This document shows, in pieces, positions 10,350-19,722 of a stretch of 64,000 nt of DNA. A program made the position numbers and the translations under genes. The stretch is from Leptolyngbyaceae cyanobacterium. GTDB taxonomy: Bacteria; Cyanobacteriota; Cyanobacteriia; Phormidesmidales; Phormidesmidaceae. A model generated the notes under the pieces. That model ran no database searches. It was not told the DNA's origin and was given only the letters and a program-made list of their open reading frames with translations. The stretch covers positions 2,752,001 to 2,816,000 of the forward strand of contig CBDHHL010000032.1 in NCBI GenBank assembly GCA_965263355.1, read 5' to 3'. The first letter of the stretch is position 1, and each line of letters begins with the position of its first letter.

Positions 10350-13064
10350 GTGCTGTTAGCCATGACCCAAGTTAATACAAGACCACATCAGTTAAAAGAT
10401 AACACAGTGTTACAAACAATGATAGGTTGGCTCACAAAACGGCTAACGCCTCAGGGTAAGAGCTTGCGTGCTCAACTGCTAGTCACTATTTTACCCGTAG
10501 TTGTAGGGCCACTGCTCATTGCAAGTGCGGTGGGCTATCGAGTGGTGCAACAGCGGACAGAGGAGCGTTTACAGACTCAGTTAGCTAACCAAGCCTTATT
10601 AGCAAGCGGTGGCACCCGTGCAGTTGTGGATGAATTACTTGCTCTACCACGGGCCATTGCCAGCAGTCCTCTAGTTGTCAATGAAGCCTTAGCCGGTAGT
10701 AATGAGACGGTAAAAGCAGGCTTGGATAAGCTACCGATCGAAGCGCTGGAATCCCAATTTGCCGATAAAAAATTGGTTCGGTTTCACAGAGCGTTGAATG
10801 ATTATCTTCAAGAAACTGTTGAAACGGCTGATATTTCTGAAATCTTAGTCACTAATCGATACGGCTTTAATGTAGCTTACAGTCGTCCCACCACTGACTT
10901 TGTGCAAAGTGATGAGGAATGGTGGCAGCGAGGCAAGGAAGATGGAGTATGGATTAGTCCCCCTGACTTTGACTTTGCAGCTAAAGCTCGGACAGTAGAA
11001 TTAGTGCAGTCTATTATTAATCCTCAGGATGAAAACTTTGTAGGGGTCATTCGTGCAGTTCTGCCTGCTCGGAAGTTTAGCCTGGTAGCAGATTATCTGA
11101 AACGGACAGAAATCAGCGGCAGTCAACGAGTGCAGTTGATCGATGGTGAGACCCTGGGGATCATTGACACATTTTCTCCTCAGGGCTTTCGTAAAGAGGA
11201 GAAGGTCATTGGTGGTGAGACTCTCGAATCTGTGATCATAGCAATTGGTGATATCAAATTTTCATCAGATGCCTTATCTTCAAGTATAGACACCTATGTG
11301 AGTCAAATTGCTGATGCTTTAAGGAATACAAAACAGATTAAGCAATTATCGGTCACGCCATCAGAAAACGATACTGTTCTACTATCTTTTGTCCATGGAG
11401 ACCGATTATATAAAATTGCAACTGTTCCTAACACTCGGTGGTTTGCGATCGCTTCCATGGAAAGTCGAGAAATTGCTACGGCAGGTCAGCAGCTGTTGTT
11501 GTTATTTGTGGCCACAGCTCTCTTGCTAGGTGGGCTAACCTCAGGGTTGATTATATTTCTTGCACGGCAACTGTCGCTGCCGCTGGCCCATCTCTCAGAC
11601 TATAGCAAGCAGGTAGCTGAGGGGAATTTGGCGGTACAGGCAATTCCAGAAGGAACCCGCGAAACCCACGTATTAGCCCATACCTTTAATCAGCTGGTAG
11701 CGAGCACTGCTTCACTGCTCACCGCCCAGGAAGCCGAGACTAAGAAAGCAAACCTTTTTGCTCATATTGCCAGTGCTCCTGCTACCAGTTTAGGTTATAT
11801 TCGAACCATTATTGAAGAGACATTGCCTGATGCACAAGAGATTTTACAGGCAAACCGAATGCTCTTCTATCGCCTAAATCTGAATGGTAGTGGAAATGTT
11901 GAGGCAGAGGTAACCACCGGTACCTATCAGCGGGCAACTAACTATCCTGATCCTAAAGCCATTGTGCCTCCTCGCCTATTGGAGGAAGATACAAAAACAG
12001 CCGTGATTAACGATGTAGCCAAGGTGAATGAACATTCAACCGCCTATCACCAGTGTATGGAGCTGTTGGACGTAAAGTCCAGTTTGATTGTTCCTATGGA
12101 GGTTAATGGCGCATTATATGGTTTTTGGATTGTCCATCATTGTAAGACTATGCATCTATGGCAGCCTGTTGAAATTGCATTTGTAGAGCAATTAGCTGTA
12201 CAGTTTCAGCTTGTATTTGAGCGTTTGCATTCTCTCAATGAAGCCCGGGATGCTCGTCAGGTGAGTGAGGCACTGTCTAACAAATTGAAACAACAGCGCT
12301 CAAGTCTTCAGAAACAGGTGGCTGAGCTGACACAGCTACTTCAGACCCAAACTCCCTCAACAGATTCAGCACCCACACTATCCGAAGACGTATCCATTGA
12401 ACATATTTCTGATCTCTTTCAAGATACGTTTACTCGTCTGCTGCAGCTTGCGGCTAATGTGGAGCACATTAACAGTCAGATGAAAACATCCCTGGCCCAA
12501 ACAGAAGAAACCGCTACCCAGGTGGTTGAGCCGATGAATTGTCAAACCCAGGCGGCATTAGCAATGTTGGAAACGCTGCAACCCATTATTCATACTGTCC
12601 CTGAACTGATTGGTATGGCCAAGCAAGCACTGCAGCGCTGTCGTAGCTTTTCAGGCATTAGTAGCAATCTAGCAAAGCTACATCCCCTGGACTCAAACCA
12701 CATACCGTCTGATGGAGAAACCACTGCCGAAAATCCACAAAAACCGGTTGTATTTCTCGAGCTAGTGCAACGGGAAATGGATAAAATTAACGATACTTTG
12801 GCTAAGATTGAGCAGCAGATCGATAGTAGTTCTAACCAGGTCAAGGATGCTCAGATGCATATGGCAGCCGCATTTAAGGGAGGGCAACAGCTGGATCAGC
12901 TGCTCCAAAGCCTGGCGTTTATCAATGTTAACCAGCTACAAATGACCCAGGCGGTAGATGATTTGATTAAGCTGATGACGCTGTCTGCTGAACGTACTTC
13001 GAGTTTGACTGAGGAAATTGATAGTACCCTTGAGCAGAATACCAATATTAATGTGGTTTCTTAA
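10350..13064 (+). CDS. Membrane sensor: TM-Cache-TM-HAMP-GAF-degenerate MCP-like coiled coil
   Basis: Two TM helices, DFVQSDEEWWQ Cache motif, HAMP, GAF (VKSSLIVP...WQPVEIAFVEQLA), heptad tail without the MCP hairpin tip. Confidence 0.75.
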   Translation: MLLAMTQVNTRPHQLKDNTVLQTMIGWLTKRLTPQGKSLRAQLLVTILPVVVGPLLIASAVGYRVVQQRTEERLQTQLANQALLASGGTRAVVDELLALPRAIASSPLVVNEALAGSNETVKAGLDKLPIEALESQFADKKLVRFHRALNDYLQETVETADISEILVTNRYGFNVAYSRPTTDFVQSDEEWWQRGKEDGVWISPPDFDFAAKARTVELVQSIINPQDENFVGVIRAVLPARKFSLVADYLKRTEISGSQRVQLIDGETLGIIDTFSPQGFRKEEKVIGGETLESVIIAIGDIKFSSDALSSSIDTYVSQIADALRNTKQIKQLSVTPSENDTVLLSFVHGDRLYKIATVPNTRWFAIASMESREIATAGQQLLLLFVATALLLGGLTSGLIIFLARQLSLPLAHLSDYSKQVAEGNLAVQAIPEGTRETHVLAHTFNQLVASTASLLTAQEAETKKANLFAHIASAPATSLGYIRTIIEETLPDAQEILQANRMLFYRLNLNGSGNVEAEVTTGTYQRATNYPDPKAIVPPRLLEEDTKTAVINDVAKVNEHSTAYHQCMELLDVKSSLIVPMEVNGALYGFWIVHHCKTMHLWQPVEIAFVEQLAVQFQLVFERLHSLNEARDARQVSEALSNKLKQQRSSLQKQVAELTQLLQTQTPSTDSAPTLSEDVSIEHISDLFQDTFTRLLQLAANVEHINSQMKTSLAQTEETATQVVEPMNCQTQAALAMLETLQPIIHTVPELIGMAKQALQRCRSFSGISSNLAKLHPLDSNHIPSDGETTAENPQKPVVFLELVQREMDKINDTLAKIEQQIDSSSNQVKDAQMHMAAAFKGGQQLDQLLQSLAFINVNQLQMTQAVDDLIKLMTLSAERTSSLTEEIDSTLEQNTNINVVS

Positions 13065-13277
13065 CCGATTTTCGGTGTATCCACTTCATACGCTTGCAGT
13101 TTTTGACTGAAGGCGTTAAGCCGTTTGTGATGGTCCTCTGGACCGACTTCGCCATCGCTCGATAAATCAATCCGAAATTCAGCCACTTGTTATTTATGAC
13201 CTTAATTCACTTCGCCCGATGACATTCGTAAACAGTTAGTTAGCACAGAAGCTAAAGCTCCTGTTTCAGATGAAGAT

Positions 13278-13835
13278 ATGCAGCAAGCGGTTCGCACGCT
13301 ACTGCTAGGCTTGGGAGAAGACCCTGACCGTGAAGGGTTACGCGACACCCCAAAACGTGTGGTCAAATCCCTAAAGTTTTTAACCTCTGGGTATCATCAG
13401 TCTCTGGATGACCTGCTCAACGGAGCTGTTTTCCATGAGGACACCAATGAAATGGTGCTGGTGCGCGATATTGATTTGTTCAGTGCTTGTGAGCACCATA
13501 TCTTACCGATTTTAGGCCGTATCCATGTTGCCTATATCCCCAATGGCAAGGTAATTGGCCTATCAAAAATTGCCCGCATTTGTGAAATGTATGCGCGACG
13601 GCTACAGTCGCAAGAACGGCTGGCTCGGCAAATTGGTAACGCTCTGCAAGGACTGTTACAGCCCCAGGGGGTGGCAGTTGTTGTTGAAGCATCCCACACG
13701 TGTATAGTGATGCGCGGTGTGCAAAAGCCAGGGGCTTGGACTGTCACCAGTTCGATGCAAGGGTTGTTTGCTGAAGATTCCCGTACGCGTCAGGAATTTA
13801 TGGACCTAATTCGCCTCAACCCATCATTCCATTAA
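13278..13835 (+). CDS. folE: GTP cyclohydrolase I
   Basis: [27 protein letters not shown] and HTCIVMRG motifs. Confidence 0.95.
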   Translation: MQQAVRTLLLGLGEDPDREGLRDTPKRVVKSLKFLTSGYHQSLDDLLNGAVFHEDTNEMVLVRDIDLFSACEHHILPILGRIHVAYIPNGKVIGLSKIARICEMYARRLQSQERLARQIGNALQGLLQPQGVAVVVEASHTCIVMRGVQKPGAWTVTSSMQGLFAEDSRTRQEFMDLIRLNPSFH

Positions 13836-14413
13836 GGCCTGATTGAAGCGAAGCGTCGAATTACTGTCGTGCAATCTCGGCACAAGTTGCTGAGTCTTGA
13901 CCACCATTGAGAATCGCTAACGGTTTGAATATTGGGTACCTCGTAAATAGTTGTACGGTTTGGTGTTTCCGAAATCTCAACTTGCTGAATCACTGCCAAG
14001 GGGTCTAAAACCTCAAATCTGTTAGCAACAAAGACTGCCATTTCTTCCGTTGTCCCTAACGGACAATCAGGCCAATCATTGACCAGTTTCGGTAACGTCT
14101 TTAACCACTGAATCAGATTATTTTCAGTTTCCACCATGTCGCATCCATACATATCAGTGGCTGACTTTGGCGATTCGCAACAGATCGTAAATATAAAATC
14201 ATGCGGGTGAGGTGTTGCCCATATCGGTGGATTGTGATGCTCAAACCGGGCAACGGTTGTCACTCGATACCGAAAAACTATCTGACGTTGATCAGTTTGT
14301 GGACCTGTAAGAATAACCTTGCGGTAGGGTGGGGTTTGAGCATATCTAAAATTGACAGGATAATGCGATCTTGCTCGTTCCACTCGGACTTCAGGATTAT
14401 TTGACAGTTGCAT
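13832..14413 (-). CDS. Divergent QueD/PTPS-like T-fold protein
   Basis: His...HPH metal-ligand pattern, GTTEEMA and VEISETP resemble 6-pyruvoyl-tetrahydropterin synthase; overlaps the folE stop. Confidence 0.55.
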   Translation of the reverse strand: MQLSNNPEVRVERARSHYPVNFRYAQTPPYRKVILTGPQTDQRQIVFRYRVTTVARFEHHNPPIWATPHPHDFIFTICCESPKSATDMYGCDMVETENNLIQWLKTLPKLVNDWPDCPLGTTEEMAVFVANRFEVLDPLAVIQQVEISETPNRTTIYEVPNIQTVSDSQWWSRLSNLCRDCTTVIRRFASIRP

Positions 14414-14547
14414 GATTTTTGACGGGTATTCTCTGTAGAAATCTAATTCTGTCCCATCGTAGACAATAATTTGGATCCCATTTACTCTAATAAATTAAAT
14501 TGCCCAATCACCTGAAGGTAGTGCAAGTGGATCTTAGGTTTATCCGT

Positions 14548-15063
14548 CTACCGCTCCAGCAGGCGGGGCATCAACTCCACCAGGTTGCAGGGCCGGTGGC
14601 GAGCATCTAGCTGGTCGTTAATCAGAGCATTCCAGCCGGTGCGGCAAGCCCCCGATGACCCAGGCAAGCAAAAAATATAGGTACCGTTGGCCACCCCTGC
14701 CAGGGCGCGGGACTGCACCGTGGAGGTTTTAATCTCCTGGTAAGACACCATCCGAAAGATTTCGCCAAAGCCGGGGAGTTGTTTATCCAGCAGGGGGGCA
14801 ATGGCTTCAGGAGTGCCGTCCCGCCCGGTCACCCCCGTGCCCCCAGTGGTGATGATGGCCTGCACCCCAGCATCGGCAATCCAGCGGGAGACCACCGCCC
14901 ATATTTGGTAAATATCGTCAGGCACGATCATTTTTTCGGCCAGGGTGTGGCCTGCGGTTTGCAGATGCTCCACCAGCAGTTGGCCAGATTTATCCGTGGC
15001 TTCGGTGCGGCTGTCGGAGACGGTGAGAATGGCGATGGGGACGGGGATAAAGGCGGTGGTCAT
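14548..15063 (-). CDS. moaB: Molybdenum cofactor biosynthesis protein B
   Basis: [26 protein letters not shown] and CNLV motifs. Confidence 0.92.
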   Translation of the reverse strand: MTTAFIPVPIAILTVSDSRTEATDKSGQLLVEHLQTAGHTLAEKMIVPDDIYQIWAVVSRWIADAGVQAIITTGGTGVTGRDGTPEAIAPLLDKQLPGFGEIFRMVSYQEIKTSTVQSRALAGVANGTYIFCLPGSSGACRTGWNALINDQLDARHRPCNLVELMPRLLER

Positions 15064-15272
15064 AGGGCTTTTCTCTAATCAGGGCATGAGAAATTTATAC
15101 TACAAAGTTCCACATAAAGGGGCTTTTCTGGCCAAATTAACAAATACAACCAAAGGAGGTGATGCAGACAAAAAAAAGCATAAAGAAGATTAAAGAATAA
15201 AACAAAGGCAATCATGCAAAGGTTTAAGTCGGCATGATTAAATGTTAATCATTTTGAAAAGCAAAGGAGAAA

Positions 15273-15974
15273 TTGAGTATGCAAGTTAATTCAATTGAGT
15301 TACCAACACATTCTGAACTTCAGACAGTTCTTAAAGACGTTGTGAAAGAAAAAAATGGCGGATTTAGTTTAAATATGTGGGCAACGGTAGTTGATAGAGA
15401 CGGTGTCGTAAAAGCAGTTGTATTCTCAGGTGACGATAGAGGTGACCAATGGCCTGGGAGCCGTGTTATTTCAGCGCAAAAAGCAAATACAGCAAATGCG
15501 TTCAGTCTTCCAGGTTTATCATTGTCAACGGCAAATCTGTTTTCAGCAGTTCAGCCCGGTGGCAATTTATATGGTTTGCAGCACAGTAATCCGGTTGATA
15601 CTAATGTCGCTTATGGTGGGTCATCACATGAATTCGGTACAGAAAACGACCCGATGGTTGGTAAGAAAATCGGAGGAGTGAATGTTTTTGGGGGTGGTTT
15701 AGCTTTGTATCGTGAAGATGGTACGCTGCTTGGCGCAATTGGGGTTAGTGGTGATAGCTCATGTGCGGATCATAATGTCGCATGGAAAGTTCGTCATCAA
15801 CTCAAACTGGACTACGTACCTGCGGGGGTTAGCCCAAACCAGGATGACAATATTATTAATGACATTGTTGATGGTATTAGCTCCGGTGGTTGGGGACATC
15901 CTGCATGTTCGCCCGAAGCAACTGATATAGCTGAAAGTTTTTCCAAAACATATCCAGTGCGATCTAAAAAGTAA
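15273..15974 (+). CDS. GlcG/HbpS-family heme-binding protein (putative gene cassette)
   Basis: ATVVDRDG, ISAQKANTA and FGGGLALY...GAIGVSG motifs; ends 18 bp before attC #3. Confidence 0.8.
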   Translation: MSMQVNSIELPTHSELQTVLKDVVKEKNGGFSLNMWATVVDRDGVVKAVVFSGDDRGDQWPGSRVISAQKANTANAFSLPGLSLSTANLFSAVQPGGNLYGLQHSNPVDTNVAYGGSSHEFGTENDPMVGKKIGGVNVFGGGLALYREDGTLLGAIGVSGDSSCADHNVAWKVRHQLKLDYVPAGVSPNQDDNIINDIVDGISSGGWGHPACSPEATDIAESFSKTYPVRSKK

Positions 15975-15992
15975 ATTATTTTCGACAACAGT

Positions 15993-16064
15993 GGCTAGCA
16001 AGGTGCTGCACCTGATCGCTGTTCCGCTGCACTCCCTAACGGCAGGTGAGCTTCATCGCTAGAG
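15993..16064 (+). other. attC-like site #3 with AGC/GCT core
   Basis: GGCTAGC-N5-GCTGCACCTG ... CAGGTGAGC-N6-GCTAGAG; extrahelical G present. Confidence 0.7.
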
Positions 16065-16270
16065 GACAGAAACAATACTCAGAATGCTAGCGCTTGGTTT
16101 GCCCCTATGCCATATCCTATCAATGCCACTGTTGTCAGACCGAGGCCAATACAGACTGTTGCCAGAGCGCTGACCACTGACAGCCGCTGCATCACTCCAG
16201 TTCCCAAGAGAGATTTTCAAGCCAATGTTGTCCACAAACCGCAGCTAACCCCAGGCCAGTCAACACAGTG
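16058..16270 (-). repeat. Diverged, frameshifted copy of the 3' end and downstream flank of the RcnA-like gene (~18720-18930)
   Basis: Shared CAGACTGTTGCCAGAGCGCTGACCACTGACA core; similarity extends to the GCTAG of the attC R' boxes. Confidence 0.85.
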
Positions 16271-16282
16271 GTAATTTTCTCA

Positions 16283-16687
16283 TCACTCGACCTCCCAGTC
16301 CTCAATCTGTAACCCCTCAACGCGATCAAACTCTCGCGTATTGTGAGTCACCAAAATCAGATTATTAGCCAAAGAGATCGCAGCAATCTGCAAATCATAA
16401 GACCCAATCGGATTCCCCGCACTCGCCAGCTTCGCCCGAATCTGTCCAGCTAACAAAGCCGATTCATCCTCAAACGGTAGTGAAACAAATCGAGATAAAA
16501 ATGCCTGCTGTCGCTCTAATGTCCGCTTTGGGTTGTTACTCCGAAAAGCACCATAAAATAATTCAGCCTTCACCACAGAGCAGACGGCTATTTCCTCGGC
16601 GGGCGTCGCCAACAAACGATCACGCACCGACGCAGAACGACCATTCAGATACACCACACAAACATTAGTATCCAGCAGATAACGCAT
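16283..16687 (-). CDS. vapC: VapC-family PIN toxin
   Basis: YLLDTN, ELFYGA, IGSYDLQIAA and LVTHNTREF motifs. Confidence 0.93.
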   Translation of the reverse strand: MRYLLDTNVCVVYLNGRSASVRDRLLATPAEEIAVCSVVKAELFYGAFRSNNPKRTLERQQAFLSRFVSLPFEDESALLAGQIRAKLASAGNPIGSYDLQIAAISLANNLILVTHNTREFDRVEGLQIEDWEVE

Positions 16688-16689
16688 CC

Positions 16690-16935
16690 CTACTCAAACG
16701 CTCCCGCCAAATCTTCATCTAGCACCTCTGAAATCCCCTCATCATCAATGTTGATAGGATCATCCGTGCAGATTCCATAGAGATCTTCTAAAGACAAGCC
16801 AACAGTTGTAACCACTGGAACAGGCTGATAGATCACCATTACCTCAATATCTAGATCCTTCAGGCCAACCGGAATTTCAAGATACAAAATACCATCTTGC
16901 CCCACCCGCTGACGTACCTTAATGCTTTCCATCAT
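16690..16935 (-). CDS. Putative antitoxin
   Basis: 81 aa with acidic C-terminus, 2 bp upstream of vapC; VGQDGILYLEIP beta-rich N-terminus. Confidence 0.7.
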   Translation of the reverse strand: MMESIKVRQRVGQDGILYLEIPVGLKDLDIEVMVIYQPVPVVTTVGLSLEDLYGICTDDPINIDDEGISEVLDEDLAGAFE

Positions 16936-16947
16936 GGTTGCTTCCTC

Positions 16948-18467
16948 CTAATCAACATCCTCACCCAATTCCTTCAAAATACCCCGCAACTGAGTTAAAG
17001 CAGCCTCCAACTCAGTTATAGCCTCTCGGGCCAGGGTAGCCGGTTCAGGTAAATCCCCCTGCTCCTCCTCGCGATCCCCATTCAGCCAGCTGATATCTAA
17101 ATTATCGCCACGTTCAGCAATCCAATCACGGGAAAAACATCGAAATTCTCCTTCTTCCCCCATATCTTTTCGTTTAGCAAGGCTAGTGGCACTCCCTAAC
17201 GGGTCGGTGCCAAAAGCTACTTCAAACGCCTTAAAGTAATCACGGGTCAAAGCCGTCCGCTTCCCAAACTGAGGTGCATTTGCCCGTAAATCATAGACCC
17301 AGACTGCTTTCGTATTGGCCTTTGCTTTCTTACCACGAGTAAAAAACATTACATTTGTCTTTACACCCTGAGCATAGAAAATACCCGATGGTAAACGCAA
17401 AATCGTGTGTAGATTGCATTTATCCATCAAATCGGTACGAATCTGCCGCCCTACATTGCTCTCAAACAGCACATTATCGGGAAAAATTGCCGCTGTCCGT
17501 CCCCCAGGCTTCAGTCCCAGGTAGATATGCTGCAAAAAGCAAAGCTACTTATTGCTAGTAGGAAATTCAAAATCTGGACGCTCAGGCACTCCTCCACCCT
17601 TTTTGCTACCAAAGGGTGGATTAGTTACGATAAGAGACGCCTGCGGTAAGGCTTGCCCCTCAGGAGATAGCGTATCCCCATAGCGCATACCAGCCTTTTC
17701 AGGATCAGACTCTACACCATGCAGCATCAGGTTCATGCAGCCCATCCGAAATGTGTCTGGCACAAACTCCATGCCGTAGAAGGTATTGGTTTCGTACTTC
17801 TTCTTTTGGGCTGACGTCCAATTCTTAGGATTTTCATGCTCCCGGATATAGCGATTTGCCGAGATCAGAAATCCTCCGGTTCCAGCCGCTGGATCTTGAA
17901 TCACATCCTTCAGCGTTGGGCGCATCACATGCACTATGCTGTCAATCAACGCTCGTGGTGTGAAGTACTGGCCAGCTCCAGCCTTTGCCTCCTTGGAATT
18001 TCTGTCTAACAGCCCTTCATAAATCTCACCCATGCCCTCTTGCTTGGCGTTGTACCAGTCGAGCTTGTCAATCTCAGTGACCAGGGTGTTGAGAGTGGTG
18101 TCTAACAGCCCTTCATAAATCTCACCCATTTGGCGTTTACCAGTATCAATCTCAGTGACCAGTGTTGAGATGGCATTTTTTATATCGCATCAGTAAAAAT
18201 ATTTTGGACCGTCATAGAGCCTTCGTCACATAGATGCTCTAGAAGCCTCTTATAAAACTCAAGCTGTTCGGTTCCCTCTAGAGCCTCTAAATCATCCCAC
18301 CGATATCCTTCTGGCAACTTCAGCTCAATATCAGTCTCCTTTGCCATCTTCAAGAAAAGGAGATAGGTTAGCTCAGTTACATACTGGTGATAAACGATAG
18401 CCCCATCCTTAAGGATGTTGCAAAGATTCCAGAGTTTAGCAACGATGTCATGGGTTGTATTGCTCAT
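16948..18467 (-). pseudogene. hsdM: Second type I hsdM (EcoKI-like), in three fragments
   Basis: KLWNLC, GQYFTPR, DPAAGTGGF, TNPPFG and ILRLPSGIFYAQGVK spread over three ORFs, with scrambled internal duplications at ~18000-18180. Confidence 0.88.
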
Positions 18468-18639
18468 AGCTCCGGTATTTTACCGTTGCTTGGCTTTAGT
18501 TTCAGCCACTTCATGAGTATTAGCTATAGGATGCCGCTCGTTAGGATATCCAGGTCTCTCAACTCCGTCAACTCAATTGCCTTCGATTCCCTGTCAGACC
18601 CCGGATACGATCTCCCGTCAACGACTGCCTTGAACCCCC

Positions 18640-18726
18640 AGCTAACCAGTCGCTGCACCGGAACGCTCAAACATGGTTACTTCAGTCGCGAAGGTTATCT
18701 ATGTCCGGTGAGCTTAGTCGCTAGGT
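18640..18726 (+). other. attC-like site #4
   Basis: AGCTAAC-N5-GCTGCACCGGA ... TCCGGTGAGC-N6-GCTAGGT. Confidence 0.75.
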
Positions 18727-18774
18727 GACGGGTGACAAGAGTCAGGATGGCTAGCGACTGGTTTATCCCTATCC

Positions 18775-19160
18775 TTATCCCATCACCGCCACTGTGGTCA
18801 AACCAAGGCCAATGCAGACTGTTGCCAGAGCGCTGACCACTGACAAACGCTGTATAATTCCAGTTCCCAAGGGAGATTTTTCAAGCCACTGTTGTCCATA
18901 AACGGCGGCTAACCCCAGGCTAGTGAGCACGGATGCCAGTCCAAGGCTAAAGCCGCCTATAAGCACTAACCCATAGGCGATTTGGTGTAATGCGATCGCA
19001 CTCAACAACAAGACCAACGCCGATGGACAGGGCACCAACCCACCCGAAATGCCAATGGTCCCTAGGTTGATCATCATGGTGGTGATGCGTCCCCAAAATC
19101 GATGACCATGGTGATGATCGGGGTGATGGTGATGGTGATGCCCATCCCTCAAGCGCATTG
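18775..19160 (-). pseudogene. C-terminal part of an RcnA/HoxN-type Ni/Co transporter
   Basis: His-rich loop then GLVPCPSALVLLL and FSLGLA; the N-terminal half is missing. Confidence 0.75.
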
Positions 19161-19391
19161 TCAGCACATAAGTGTGGTCTTTTGGGGAGAGGCGAGGGCG
19201 ATCGCGCAAAACCGATTGCAGGCGCTGAGGCACTCCACGGGTTGCACCCTGACGGTTGGCGGCAGCTGCCCTTGTTGCTGACATTTCAACAAACTCTGCC
19301 ACAGCAGATATCCTCCCCGCTGGCCCAGGTGCTCCCGTTGACCAGCAGCAAAGGCGCAGGAGGTGCAAACAAACAAACTGTGCTGAGACAT
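19161..19391 (-). pseudogene. DUF1636 metal-binding protein, C-terminally truncated
   Basis: LFVCTSC and VECLSACNRFC motifs; stops at the junction with the RcnA fragment. Confidence 0.75.
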
Positions 19392-19396
19392 AGGAT

Positions 19397-19654
19397 TTAC
19401 TCAGTTTGAAATAGACGACTTAAATCATCCAACTCAATGTCATCCAACGCTTTGTGGATTTTGTACTGCTGGGCTGGCTGGCTCAAAATGTTAATGACGG
19501 TTTCAATTGGCGGGCAATCGGGTTCTTTACACTGAAGTTGGCTAACCGAGATGCCAATATCCGGGTCGAGCTTCAAAAGGTCGTAAACCCAGGTTTTGAT
19601 CTGTTGCAAAGCAGCTGGATTAGGTTTAGGTCGAGACTGAGAAAAGAGATTCAT
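19397..19654 (-). CDS. Small conserved protein with C-x-E-P-x-C-P-P-x-E-T motif
   Basis: QCKEPDCPPIETVI; co-oriented in the thrS operon. Confidence 0.65.
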   Translation of the reverse strand: MNLFSQSRPKPNPAALQQIKTWVYDLLKLDPDIGISVSQLQCKEPDCPPIETVINILSQPAQQYKIHKALDDIELDDLSRLFQTE

Positions 19655-19722
19655 AATAGTACATAAAGTTAGCTGTATTGATAAGACAATATACCTGGTT
19701 GAAGCAGGAGAGAAGATGACAG

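Noticed and set aside
11780..12230. GAF domain as a cyanobacteriochrome photoreceptor
   Set aside because: Lacks the DxCF/CH bilin-binding motifs
13196..13277. Longer folE N-terminus from ATG 13196
   Set aside because: Out of frame with folE; indel vs sequencing error cannot be decided, and the catalytic core is intact from 13278
16058..18930. Diverged repeat pairs (also 37124/38590 and 1920/3095) as DGR template/variable repeats
   Set aside because: Differences are not adenine-specific, include indels, and no reverse transcriptase is in the window
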